A stretch of 63,031 nucleotides of DNA, counting the filler, from Chiloscyllium plagiosum (Eukaryota), in the NCBI RefSeq assembly GCF_004010195.1. It is 5 parts of one record of this genome, joined end to end, with 100 filler letters (N's around TTAATTAATTAA, not from the genome) between each part and the next. Parts side by side here need not be neighbours in the genome. Positions count along the whole stretch, not along the records: positions 43,167 to 58,391 come from NC_057710.1; positions 58,492 to 63,031 come from NC_057710.1; 3 more parts are not named here. One strand, given 5' to 3'. The notes under the pieces are model-generated. The model did not search any database. It had not been told where the DNA came from and saw only the letters and a list, made by a program, of their open reading frames with translations. Made by a program: the position numbers and the translations under genes. Below are positions 50,229 to 62,859 of this stretch, one piece after another (position 1 is the first letter of the stretch; each line of letters begins with the position of its first letter).

Positions 50229-51920
50229 CCTCAGCACATGCCCATCATAGCAGCCATCTAACAGCATCCGGGTGAATCACTTTTGGTGATTGCACATTTG
50301 CTTTATACTTGAAAGAACTGAAGTCCTGCCTATTGACAAACACCCCTAGCTCCCATGATGGTGATTTAATGACCCCATGTGTAGTCTACCGTCCACTGCA
50401 CAAGACCAAACCCGTACACGGAGATAAGGTTTACAGCTCTTTGGATTCATTGTTACAAATGCAGTGGAGTCAGACATCATCACATAGGGCAATAGGAGAG
50501 CTAATGTGCTAATGTCACCAGCCAAGTAATCTGAACCCCAGGCTAGGGACATCGATTTGAATCCCACCACGGCAGATGGTAAAATCGGAATTCAATAAAA
50601 CTCTGAAATGAAAACTAGTACAACAGTTAATTGTTGAACACCGTCTAGTTCACTAATACCCTTGGGGAAAGGTATCTGCTATCCTTATCCACTCTGGCAT
50701 AAAAATGACTCCAGATTCACAGCAATGTGGCGGACTCTCAACAACCAAGCTGATAATAAGAAATGACAAAAAAAAATGCTGGCCTGGTGAGTGACATCCA
50801 ATTAACAAACTTTATGAACAATTGTAACTGTGATGGATGGCTGATTGCAAAATCCACCATGCACAGGAAGATTTCTACATGAGGACCCTGAAAGGAGCCA
50901 ACGTATAATCACTCGGCAAGACTATCATCGGCCATACTTCTGGGATGACCTGCTGCAAAATGCGTAGCCTTCGGTGCCCTGGCTGCTCCAAAAGATCAAG
51001 AATACTGGCCTTTGGCCAAATTACCCGATTCATACTCGTGCCCTTCAGTCATTGCAGCCGGATATGTTACTCACAGTACTGCAGCTCCACCAAGATCCAC
51101 TCAACTGCTGCACAGGTGGATCCCATATCACGGTGTCAATACAAAGGGTTACACAGATCATTGTAATCAGTGACACCAAAACTGTCACCCAAAAAAAGGG
51201 AACATTGACATCTGGTTTATTACCCACCTCTCCAGCTATGCAAGAGATCATGCTTGCTGTCTTCTACCTTAGTGCTAGTGACAGCACTAAATGTTAATTT
51301 TAATAGGCAACTGATTTCCAATTTGCAACAGTCTCAAGTGAGTTGTTGCAATGCTGACACAGAGTAGGATCCTGTGTGCCATTTGTCAAGTCTCACTTAA
51401 GTGAAAAACTGGGGCTGAAAAAGCTTAAATGGCTACTCACCTCTGCTGGAAAAACTGTTTTTTGTGTTTTTTGATAATTCATTCATGGGATGAGGGCATT
51501 GCTGGCTCGGCAGCATTTATTGCCCATTCCCAATTGCCCAGAGAGCAGTTAAGAGTCAACCACATCGCTGTGGATCTGGTGTCACGTGCAAGCGAGAACA
51601 CATTGGGAAAGCTGACCAAATACAGTGCTTTCGCCATTTCCATGTTCCCTCCGCCTCCAGAGGCGCAGAAAAACTGCGACTTTTGGCTCTGAGTTTTCAT
51701 GGGCTTTTCCCAATATCTTGCCTCAACCATGAGGAAACAGTTAGAAAGACGCACAAAACGACAGTTTTCAAAGATATCGCTCTGGAACTTCTCCTCAAAC
51801 TGCAGAAAATCAGCTGAACCTTTTTGAAGGTCAGAAGACGTTGATTGCTGACTGAAATGCAAGAATTTTCGCTGCAAACACTAAAGCAGATAATAGCAAA
51901 TCACTGGATTACTCCAAGTA

Positions 51921-52064
51921 CAGAAGAACGTTGATTATCCGGCAAGACCGCAAGGTCCCGATGCTTGGGTAATCTATGTTATCCGGCATTTGATTATCCG
52001 GAATTCGATTAACCAAACAAAAATACTGCCTGCTGGTGTCCTTCAGATAATCGAGGTTCCTCTG
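51921..52064. mobile_element. MITE, Tc1/mariner type
   Basis: TA-cagaagaacgttgattatc ... gataatcgaggttcctctg-TA; same TIR family as 24970-25870. Confidence 0.75.
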
Positions 52065-52099
52065 TATTTCACTGAAGATCCAAAGCACTGATTACGTAC

Positions 52100-52499
52100 C
52101 TTCATTGGATGTTTTCTGTTTCCGCTTCTTGCCCTTCTTCCTGCCAAGTACATTCTCACTGTTGTGTTGCTCACAGCCCTCTGCTTGATTGCCATTTTCC
52201 CGCACAGTATGGGCTCCATCTTTCTTGTGTAGTTTTTTAAGCTTTTTCTTTTTTCCCTTCAGGGTTTTTTGTTCCTTTGTTTTAGAATCTGTTTCATGCT
52301 TTAAAGGACTTTTACATTCCTCTGAGTTTAACAGCTTCTTTTTCTTTTTGGATTTTTTCTGTCCTTTCTCTTTTGCTTCCTGTTTGTTTCTTCCCTTCTC
52401 TTCACTTTTGACTGCAGGTGCCTGGTTCTGGTCTGCTTCCACTGATTTTGATGGGGTGACACCATTTGGAGTCTCGTTTTCTTGCTGTTTAGCTTTATC
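52100..52499 (-). CDS. LYAR: 400-bp lysine-rich exon, LYAR-like
   Basis: Acceptor tttgatttgtgtag|GAT, donor GAAG|gtacgt, open throughout (DKAKQQENETP...EEKGRNKQEAKEKGQKKSKKKKK...KKGKKRKQKTSNE); phase 0 to 1; similar to recalled human LYAR GEVKKNKRERKEERQKKRKREKK. The exon is well supported, the gene name less so. Confidence 0.6.
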
Positions 52500-53136
52500 C
52501 TACACAAATCAAATTTAATTTATTTAGGTATTATATGGCATGAATCATTAATTACAGTATCAAAATGTCAAAATAGAACATGCTCTGTATTATATGAATA
52601 TTTCTACTACATTACAACATTGTGCTCTTAACCTGCTCTGGGCTACAGCAGGAGTGGACTGCTGTTTTGTCAATCTTGTTTCAGAAAAGACTTCAAATAA
52701 TCCAGTATCCAGTTCTTTGGGGAGCCAGTTCAAAATTTCCACTACCCTTTCTTTCCTGATTTCACTCAACACAGCTCGAATATTAAACTTCTACTCTGTT
52801 GTTCTAGTGTTAAAGACTCCAAATTCATTAGTGTCTCTTGCAAGTAAAGCCTTTGATCTTTGACACCAGGTAATGAATCTTCAGTCACTTTTCAATGACG
52901 TTGGTAAACCTATACAAGGTGCTCAAGCTTTTGTTTTGCTTTTCATTCTAACCAAAATCTAAACAATGCTTTGGCAAAGTTAAGCATTACCCCTTGCTTT
53001 CGTATTCCTTGTCTCTGATTCATAAAACCTAGGATTCTAAATGCATTTGAAAGTTATTTGGTCAAGTGCTTTTTGTTTTGTCTATTCAAGCATTTAAGTC
53101 CGACTTCCATTTGACCACCTTTAATGTTTTAGAGTA

Positions 53137-53258
53137 CAGAGGAACCTCGATCATCCAGCATCCAATTAACCAAATTTTGGATTATCCGAACATGATTGCA
53201 AGGTCCCGATGCTTGGCTAACTATGTCATCCGGCATTCAATTAATTGGGATTCCTCTG
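53137..53258. mobile_element. MITE, same family as 51921-52064
   Basis: TA-cagaggaacctcga ... gattcctctg-TA; shares gcaaggtcccgatgcttgg. Confidence 0.75.
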
Positions 53259-54179
53259 TACTGTGTTCTCAAATTATTTCCTTGAGGATGTACTCTTATC
53301 TTTTCATCTGGCAGCTGTAGATCTAATCATGTGCACAATTTCGGCTTCCTTACCCACAACTACTCTGCCCCCAAACTATCCATACCAATGCAATTAAAGT
53401 GGTTGTTCTGGCCACCGCCTCATCTGTCCTACTGCAAACATCTATCCAATGCTTTAAATTATCTTAAGGCTTATGTCTCCAATGCTGCTCTTTTTTGCAT
53501 TAAGACCCATAAATCAGTCTAACACTCTCCAACTTCTACTGGTTCTCTGCATCACCAAACATATCGATTTGAAAATTTTTGTCCTTGCTCGCATACCTCT
53601 TCATGGTATCACCCCCATCCTACCATGGGATTTCTTCCCACCTAATATCCCATATTTACCCTATGCTCCTTCACTACCAGATTTTAACACTGCTAAAAGG
53701 CAACAAGAAGGACAATTAACTGTTAAGCTTAATTCTTAGACCAGGTCAGCAGACTCTGAGATGTTCTGTACAACCCATCAGTCAGACTTCTCCATATTCT
53801 TTGCCTCTTTTGTCATAGCCATTCATCAATAGTTGAATAGTTAATTTAACCAGGTTGAATTTAACCAATCCCCAGGTGCTGAGACAAACTCGGTTGAGGT
53901 GACCAAAGATCGAACGGTGAATTTCGTGGGTTGAAAGTTTGCTAAAAGTGTTACAATCTTCCCTAGAGAGAAGTGTTGGAGGATTTGAGAGTATCCAAGA
54001 AGGGTGTGAGGAAAGTCCCAGAAACTACAGCACACGGTCAGTTTAACATCAGGTAAAAGAAAGAAAAATTGGGAAAATAAAATCAAATTTAGAGCGCTTT
54101 GCATTAATAACGGAGAGCCAGCACAAAGCAGATTGTGCTCCACTAATTAAATTAAACATTTTGATGAAGTAACAAAGAA

Positions 54180-55125
54180 TGTTGATGAAGGGAATACTGT
54201 ACATATTGATTTTGAGGAAGCATTTGATAAGTAACAAAGTATGCTGGTCATCAAAACTGGAGTTCATGGAATAGGAAGATCAATGTCAGCTTTGATAGAA
54301 AATTGGCTCAAGTACAGAAGACAGTAGGTTGTCTTGACAATGGTTCTTTTATACAAAGAAGAGAATGGATGAAGCAGAGTTCCCCAAATTCAGTCCTCGG
54401 GCCAAATATGTTTTTTAATATATTAAAATATTTTGGATATTTTAATACAGAACAACATTTTAAAGTTTGTCGACTGTACAAAATTTATGAGCTGTGGCTG
54501 AGAGAAAGGATAATGCTAATGGATTACACCAGAACATAGCGACGATGACAGAATGGGCAACAAGTAGCAGATGGGATCTAGCACCGAGAAATGTCAGATT
54601 TCTTCTCCCTATCCCTTCTAATACAGAATAAATGGCAATGCTTCAAAACAGGGCCCAGGAACCGAATGATTATTGGCTGCACATCCATGCATCAGGACAC
54701 AGTGAGGGATAAGTTAGCAAGGCATATTGGATCCTGGGCTTCGTCAATAGAAGTATTAAAGTACATAAGCAAGAAGTAATGCTGAACCTTTAAAACGTTC
54801 TGGTTAGCATACAATTACTGTACTCACTGTGGCAAGGATGCAAGAGTCCTCAAGATATTTAGGGGAGATTTGATGTGATTATGACATGTTTAGCTAAGGT
54901 AACAAAGCAAAGCTGTTCTCATGTGCTGATGGTAAAAGCAGTAAGTGATATTGATTTAAGGTTTTAGGAAAGAGAATGTTTGGAGAGAAAATGTCTCTAC
55001 TCCTGTGAAAAACAATGAATGATTTCAAAAAGAAGCAATTGAAATAAATTTTCAGAGCTATGGAGATAGACCAAGGAATGCGATCGACTGGATTGCTCGA
55101 GAGTCATCATGCACCTAGGTCAAAT
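54180..55125 (+). mobile_element. Old CR1 RT fragment
   Basis: Decayed VYIDF.KAFDK and later CR1 RT text. Confidence 0.6.
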
Positions 55126-55312
55126 GACCATAGAGGCAGAGTCTTACAGCATGGAAATAGACCCATTGGTCCAACTCATCCACGCTGACCAGGTTTCCCA
55201 AACTAAACTAGTCCTATTTGCCTGCTTTTGGCTCATATCCCTCTAAACCTTTCCTGTTCATGTACCTGCCCAATTGTCTTTTAAATGTTGTAACTGTACC
55301 GACACCTATCAT

Positions 55313-55465
55313 GCGCAGCAGGTCAGGCAGCATCCAAGGAACAGGAGAATCGATGTTTCGGGCATAAGCCCGAAACGTCGATTCTCCTGTTCCTTGGATG
55401 CTGCCTGACCTGCTGCGCTTTTCCAGCAACACATCTCCAGCATCTGCAGCCCTCACTTTCCCCCT
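55313..55465 (+). mobile_element. Young fold-back element with TSD
   Basis: 51-bp arms around a 4-nt loop (55364-55367); TSD acacctatcatg at 55302-55313 and 55466-55477. Confidence 0.85.
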
Positions 55466-55679
55466 ACACCTATCATGTCCTCTGGCAATTCAATCCTTTT
55501 TAAAAACTTTCCCCTCTAATTTTAAAATTATGTCCTCTATTTTGAATTCCCCTACCCTAGGGAAAAGACCTTTGCAATTCACCTGAATAAATGCCCCTCA
55601 TGATTTTATAACTCTCTACAAGGTCACCCCTCAACCTCATACAGTTCAGGGAACATAGTCCCAGCCTATCCTTAACTCA

Positions 55680-56641
55680 AACCATCAAATCATCAACACC
55701 GTACTCACAGGGATCATACTTGAGAGAGAGAAGGAAACCAACAATCAACCCCCATTGTGATGGTACAAAGAACACAGAATGGTGTATGCCCCACTACAGT
55801 GTACAGGAAAGCAATACACACCAACCAAGTCCTGAATTGCAACAGCAGCCACCCAAAACACAATTAGGACCCTGTTCAAAATGGCTACAACACACTGTAG
55901 CACTCCAGACCTAGGAAGGGAAGACGAACACCTCTACCGAGTATTAACCAAGAATGGATATCCCCGCAATTTCATCTGCAGATGTCTACCAGACAAACGT
56001 GACGAGACATGCCATGACCTAACTCATTAGGCATGCTACCTTATAGTAAAAAGTGTCTCGAACTGACAGCCAGACTTCTCTGCCCACTGGGATTCATGAC
56101 AACCCGTAAACCGACAGGCATGCTCAGACAACTCACCAGAACACAAGACCCTATGCCCATCATGTGCAAGACTAACGTAATTTACAAAATTCCATGCGAA
56201 GACTGCACGAAACACTATACAAAGCAAACAGGCAGACAACTAAAAATGTGCATTTACAAACACCAACTAGCCACGAAACGCCATGACCAGCTGTCCCTAG
56301 TAGCCATACACACAGATGACAGGGACCACAAAGTTGACTGGGACAAAACAATGATCATAGGACAAGCCAAACAGAGGACAGCCAGGGAATTCCTAAAAGC
56401 ATGGTACCAGTCCACAGTCTCCATCAACAAGCACATAGACCTAGACCTATATACTGGCCACTGCAACGAACAACCGGAACCTGCAACCGGAAACAGCAGA
56501 AACGGAATCAAATAAATTCCAGAAGGCACATTACAGCAGTACTTCAGAGGAGGCTCCAAAGCTCTGAAGATGTCACCTCGACAGGGAATGAAACATCTAC
56601 AAATAAACTTCTCAGCTCGGTGAACATACTCACAGCCATGA
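55680..56641 (+). mobile_element. Penelope-like element 3' part (GIY-YIG)
   Basis: ORF 56033-56515 TNVIYKIPCEDC.KHYTKQTGRQL...H..; degenerate hammerhead ctgaagatgtcacct...gaaacatc at ~56564-56598; taactca repeated at both ends. Confidence 0.85.
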
Positions 56642-57712
56642 TAACTCAGTTCTGGTAACATCCTTGTACATCTTTTCTGCACCCTCTCCAATTTAATAAT
56701 ATCCCTCCTATAGCAGGGCAACCAGAACTGTACACAGTACTCCAAAAGTACTGTACAGCGGCAACACAACGTCCTAACTCCTACAGTCGATGCTCTGACC
56801 AATGAAGACGAGTGCACCAAATGCCTTCTTCACCACCCTGTCTATCTGTGATGCAACTTTCAAGGAATTATGTACCTGAACCTCTAGGTTTTTTTATTCA
56901 GCAACACTACCCAACATTAACTGTGTAATCTTGCCCTGGTTTGTCTTACTAAAATGCAACACCTTGCAATTATCTAAATTAAATTAAATTCCATCTGCCA
57001 CTCCTTGGCCCAGCTGATCAAAACCCCATCGTACTCTTGGATAATCTTCCTCACTGCGCACTGTACCACTAATTCTGGTGTCATTCACAAACTTACTAAT
57101 CACGCTTCTTATATTGTCATCTAAATTGTTTATAGAAATGTCAAACATTGGACCCAGTACTGATCATTGTGGCACACCGCTGGTCACAGACCTCCTATCC
57201 AAAAAGTAACCTTTACCACCACCCTCTCTCCTACTGACAAGCCAGTTTCGTATCCAGTTGACTAGCGGTCCCTGAATCCCAAGGGATCTAACATTACTAA
57301 CTAGTCTATCAAGCAGACCCTTACTTAAGTCTATGCAGACAGCGCCTACCACTCTGCCATCAGCTATGTACTTGGTCAGTTCTACAAAAAAACTCAATCA
57401 AGTTTGAGAGATGATATCCAATGCACAAAGTCATGCTGACGATCCTAATCAGTCCCTACCTCTCCAAAAGCATGTAAATTCAGTCTCTCAGAAACTGCTC
57501 CAACAACGTCCCCACCACTGATGTCAAACTCACCAGTCTATAGTTCTCAGGCTTTTCCTTATAGCCGTTCCTAAATAAAAGCACAACATTTGCACGATTG
57601 AAGTGCTGGAAGACCTGGAAGGTGGCTGTCCGTGATACAAATCTCTCTATTAAGAACCCTGAAATTTGTTCCTTAGCTTCCCACAATTCCTGGGATACAC
57701 TTGATCAGGTCC

Positions 57713-58391
57713 CAGGGACGGGCAGAGGGAGTTGCAGTGGCCACGTTGGTAAGGGATGATATTCAGTCCCTTGCGCGGGGGGACCTAGAATCAGGGGATG
57801 TAGAGTCCGTATGGATAGAGCTGAGAAATTCTAAGGGTAAAAAGATCCTCTTGGGAATTATCTACAGGCCCCCAAACAGTAGTCTGGATGTCAGATGTCC
57901 CAGGGACAGGCAGAGGGGGTTGCAGTGGCCATGTTGGTAAGGGATGATATTCAGTCCCTTGCGCGGGGGGACCTAGAATCAGGGGATGTAGAGTCCGTAT
58001 GGATAGAGCTGAGAAATTCTAAGGGTAAAAAGATCCTCTTGGGAATTATCTACAGGCCCCCAAACAGTAGTCTGGATGTCAGATGTAAGTTGAATCAGGA
58101 GCTGAAATTGGCCTGTCGCAAAAATGTTACTACAGTTGTTATGGGGGATTTCAACATGCAGGTAGACTGGGAGAATCAGGATGGTATTGGATCTCAAGAA
58201 AGAGACTTTTGGAGTGCCTCAGAGATGGATTCTTAGAGCAGCTGGTGCTGGAGCCAACCAGGGAGAAGGCAATTCTGGATCTGGTAGTGTCCAACGAACC
58301 AGGATTGATCAGGGACCTCAAAGTGAAGGAGCCATTGGGAAGTAGCGACCCTAATACAATAAGCTTCAATCTGCAATTTGAGAGAGAGAGG
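57713..58391 (+). mobile_element. CR1 endonuclease fragment with ~190-bp tandem duplication
   Basis: ESVWIELRN...IYRPPNS...VMGDFN, EPTREKAILDLV. Confidence 0.9.
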
Positions 58392-58491
58392 NNNNNNNNN
58401 NNNNNNNNNNNNNNNNNNNNNNNNNNNNNNNNNNNTTAATTAATTAANNNNNNNNNNNNNNNNNNNNNNNNNNNNNNNNNNNNNNNNNNNN

Positions 58492-58534
58492 GGGGGGGGT
58501 GTGTGTGTTTGGGGGGCGCGGGTGTGTGTGTTTG

Positions 58535-58575
<41 letters not shown>

Positions 58576-58825
58576 GTGCAGTCGGGTCACCTGTAATGTG
58601 ACATGAACCCAAGGTCCCGGTTGAGGCCCTCCCCATGGGTACCAAACTTGGCTGTCATCCTCTGCTCGGCCACTTTGCGTTGCTGCCTGTCTCGAAGTCC
58701 ACCTTGGAGGATGGTCACCCGAATGTCCCGGACCGCTGAAGCATTCTTCGACTATGAGTGAAGACTCCTGCCTGGTGATTGTTGTGTGGTGCCCATTCAT
58801 CCGTTGCCGTGGCCTCTGCTTGGTC
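58492..58825 (-). mobile_element. Penelope GIY-YIG fragment plus (TG)n tract
   Basis: Homologous to 19860-20110. Confidence 0.75.
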
Positions 58826-59450
58826 CTGACCTCCTGTAGTCCCAGCCTTTCTTTATAACTCAAGCCCTCCATTCCCAGCAACATCCGGGTAAAGCTTTTC
58901 TGAAACCTCTCCAGTTTAATAATATCCTTCATATAACAGGGTGTCCAGAACTGCACACAGTACTCTAGAAGAGGTGTTGCCTACATCCCCTACAACCTTC
59001 GTCCTACGTCCCAACTTCTATACTGAAAAGTCTGAGCAATAAAGGCAAATGTGATAAATGCGTTCTTAACCACCTTGTCTACCTGCAACACAAATTTCAA
59101 AGAATTTACGTATCTGAACCCCTAGGCCTCTGTGTTCAACAACACTACCCATTAATTATACAAGTCCTGTTCCTGTTTACATTATCAAAATGCAATACCT
59201 CGCATTTATCCAAACTAAACTCCATCTGCCACTCCTCAGCCCACTGACCCAATTGATCAAGATCTCTCTGATCTCTTAGCTAACCTTCTTCACTGTCCAC
59301 TATACCATCACTCATGCCTCCCATATTCAAATCCGAATCATTTATATAAATGCCAAACAAAAGTGGATCCAGTACATTGTGGAACACTGCTGGTCGCAGG
59401 CTTCCAGTCTGAAAGGCAATCCTTCACCATTACTCTCTGTCTCCTACCAT
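58826..59450 (-). mobile_element. CR1 RT fragment
   Basis: QFWTPCYMKDIIKLERFQKSFTRML. Confidence 0.85.
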
Positions 59451-59899
59451 AAGGCAGCTACTCACTCTGTGACCTTGTCATTTCCTCTACCTTTATTTTG
59501 GTAGGCTTTCACTGTATACCAACACTCTATATTTTTTCATTGATTCACTAAATCGATACCTTTTAGATTTTTTTAAAGCCTTGGTCATATTGCGAGATAA
59601 AAGCCAAAAGTTGGTATTTCGGGCCTGACAACGAGGAGATGGGATGGGATCCTGGGAATTTGAGGACTTTCCAGAAGGGTGCACTAAAGAGGAACAGGGT
59701 CTAATCTGGGACTGAATATTCAAATCCTGGTCGACTCCTTGTGAGCTCCTGCGTGCAGATATAAGTTTTCTATTTCCTACAATCGTTCTACAATCTTCGA
59801 ACTTAATGGCGAACTTTTAAAAATTAATAATAATTATGTTTTATACCTGTGTTTTTATTTTTGCCGCTGTTTACCTATTATTTGCTTAAGCATGCTACC

Positions 59900-59992
59900 T
59901 AACTCTGTGATCGGCCTGTATTGCTCGCAAGACAAAGCTTTTCACTGTGCCTCGGTACACGTGACAATAAAGTCAATTCAATTCAATTCAAT
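59900..59992 (+). mobile_element. Rex1-like 3' tail
   Basis: ttttcactgtgcctcggtacacgtgacaataaa(ttcaa)n, similar to 12420-12510. Confidence 0.65.
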
Positions 59993-60880
59993 TGTGCCCT
60001 GAGCTGGTCGGTCTTAAACTCTCAGTCCCATTTTCCTGGCAACCCAGAAACCATTACGATGAAGAGTTAAGTGTATAGAGGGTGAGCATGACGCTAACAG
60101 GGAGGTTTAAGTATCCATAGGGTAGAGATTTTGAGAGAGGAAGTGGAAATTGTGCTGCGAAGTTTGAATGAGAAGAATGTCCAGCAGTCAGCATCACGGT
60201 GGAGCATGCTGGGAAGTGTGCAATGACAGTCAGTTCTTGTTGAAAGAAAAACTATACAATGGATCCATCAATATGGATCATTTAGGACAGAAAACATCCT
60301 AGGTACGGATTCCTCTGATCCTTTAGCTTTTAGAAACAGGAAGAGTAGTGTTTGATGGAAATGCCAGTGCTGCAATTTGTTGAGTCTACCTCCCCTTCCA
60401 TCTGGTCAGGGGCAGCTGTTGGGCCTAAAAAGTCAGGTTTGAAGGTGGGACAACAGAACTTGGAGGGACAATAAATTACAGAGAAAGTCAGGGGCTGAGA
60501 CTTGAAGTTTACAACGGTGGAGAGCTTTGGGCACTCTTTAAATTGAAAGAAAGCGGGAGCAGAGCTAACATCCAGAGCAGGAATAAATACAGCAGGTACA
60601 GTCGGTGCAGTTATTATGGTCCTATAAAGTGTGGCTAATGTGAAAAAATAGATATTGAAGAGAGGGGGAATGGGGCATTATGATATCGCAAATCATTTTA
60701 AAACTGTTTTCCAACAGTTATGGCAAACAAGTTGTGAAAGCTGTACAGTCCTTGGTGTGATATTGTAATATTTTAGGATTGTAACATGCCATTACACAGG
60801 AGTAGAGTTAGGGGAATATTCTGCCATAGCGACAATAAAATTCAAGGTTTATTTTGAGATAACAGCTCATAAGTGAGAAA

Positions 60881-60894
60881 CCGCCATCTAGTGG
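60881..60894 (-). promoter_or_regulatory. CTCF consensus motif
   Basis: Minus strand CCACTAGATGGCGG fits CCASYAGRKGGCRS. Confidence 0.45.
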
Positions 60895-62582
60895 TTACAC
60901 ACTTTACAACACAATGAACACTAATCCTCTTCAATTTAATTGGAAAGGATCTTTTGTTATATTATGGTCAGGATCAGAGTTTGTTTTTTGCATGAGCACA
61001 GACCAAGATTTATGGCAAAAAAATCCATAACATTTCTCATGAAACATTTGGGTTTTACAAATCCGAAATAGGGAGCAGCAAAGATTATCTATTGCTGTGT
61101 GTTGCGGACTGCAATTATTACTTTTTCCAATCACTGTTCCACGGAGAGAGTCGTTGAAACAAGTTAAACATTTAGCACCTATGTTAGAAAGATTGAAATG
61201 TTGCATAAGTGGACTGATGTCTTTCAGAGTCATCCAATATTTAGAATACATGTACATAGAATGTGGGTGTAGATGGCTACACCAGCATTTATTGCCCACA
61301 TCAAATTGCCCAGAGGGAAGTTAAACATCAGGCACATTGCTTTGTATCTACAGTCACATGAAGGTTTGACCAAATGAGGATGGCAGATTGCCTTTTCTAA
61401 ACAAACTAGATTGGTTACATTTAAGCTCGTTCTAATTCCAGGCTTCTATTAAATTCAAAATTCACCATTCGCATGGTGGGATTATAACCCATGTACCCAG
61501 AAAATGAACCTGGATTAGTAGCCCAGTGACGTTACCATTAAACCACCATGTGAACGAGGGCTTGGAGTTCAGGACTACAACTCTGAATGCCAGACGTCTC
61601 AGTCGTTACCATAACAGAACTTCCAAACAAGGGGAGCAAATCCAGTTGATAATTCCGTCAAACTACTGTGGAGATAACCAGCGTGTTGTTCCATTCCAAT
61701 AGCATCCTCACCTGTAAGTTAAGTTGATTTCTAGGTTTGTCTTCCTGTCAACGCTACAGAAAACCATACAGACGACAATCTAGGTTACCTGACACTAGGT
61801 GAGAAACCAATGGTACACTATAACCTGAAGGGTCTTTGATCACAGTGATTTCACAGGGGCTTTCCAAAGTGCTTTATTGACATAAGGTGTTGTGGAATCT
61901 TCATTGTGTCTCTTACAATATCAATATATCTTCCCGTGGTCAGAAGCTAAAACTGAGTGCAGTACTTCAGATGGCATTTAACCAAGATGTATACAACTGA
62001 AGCATAATTAATTTTATATTTTAAATCGCAAGATAAAGCCCGCATCTTTCATTGTTTTGGTTATTTTTTCTACCCATACTCCAATTTCAATCCTCTGACC
62101 TGTTCTTGCAGCCACTGTATTTACAGTGCTAATCCCAGTTCAGTTTCTGGTAAATGGTAACAAAAGGATGTTGGAGATCCAATGATAGCAATGGCATTGA
62201 AAGTAAACAGGGAGAAAGTCATTGCCTGCATTTGTGCAGAGCTAATATTAGTTGTGTCTTTTTCGCCTAAGCGTGGATATTGTCCAAGCGCTTCTGCACA
62301 TGGACACAGGGTAGCTCAGTATCTTAGGAAGTGCGAACGTTGTGCTATCATCAACTTTTGATCTAACGATGGAGGGAAGGCGTTTGGTGAAACAGGTGGG
62401 GATTTTGGACCAGGACACAAGACTGAGAAACTCCTGCACACATATCTTGGGACTGAGATGACATTTCTCCAACAACTGTGACTCCCTTCCTACTTAATAT
62501 CTAATTCTGACCATAGGGTTACCTGCAATTTTGTGCGCTTTGATTTTTTGCTTTTACTCCTTTTCACAAAATCTTCTCAAAC

Positions 62583-62855
62583 ACCTTCTGGGTAATCCAA
62601 GATGGAGGAAGGGAACAATTTCTGGCTGTAACAGCTGCTCCTTTTTTTAAAGGAGTTGGAGGTAATTTCCTCAAATTCCAGGAGCAGCAATTAGTTTTTT
62701 GCTTCTGTCTTTACAAAAACCTTCTGGGTAATCCAAGATGGAGGAAGGGAACAATTTCTGGCTGTAACAGCTGCTCCTTTTTTTAAAAGGAGTTGGAGGT
62801 AATTTCCTCAAATTCCAGGAGCAGCAATTAGTTTTTTGCTTCTGTCTTTACAAAA
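62583..62855 (+). repeat. ~136-bp near-perfect tandem duplication
   Basis: accttctgggtaatccaagatgg...ctgtctttacaaaaa occurs twice in succession. Confidence 0.9.
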
Positions 62856-62859
62856 AAAA

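Larger units (their letters stand above)
55130..57712 (-). mobile_element. CR1 LINE with two nested Penelope-type insertions
   Basis: ENYRLVSLTSVVG, SGVPQ, LLEYCVQFWLP, CR1 3' UTR. Confidence 0.88.

Noticed and set aside
51479..51877. 132-aa minus-strand ORF with a plausible acceptor
   Set aside because: No recognisable homology, it runs into a LINE fragment, and the donor is weak; cannot be supported as coding
60935..60949. FNWKG on the plus strand as the missing LYAR exon
   Set aside because: Wrong strand and side, no acceptor, and the following residues (SFVILW) do not match TIKA.LKQ
61609..61710. Exon-like minus-strand segment (EDAIGMEQHAGYLHSS...)
   Set aside because: Its phase-1 end does not fit the phase-0 exon at 52499 and it has no similarity to LYAR
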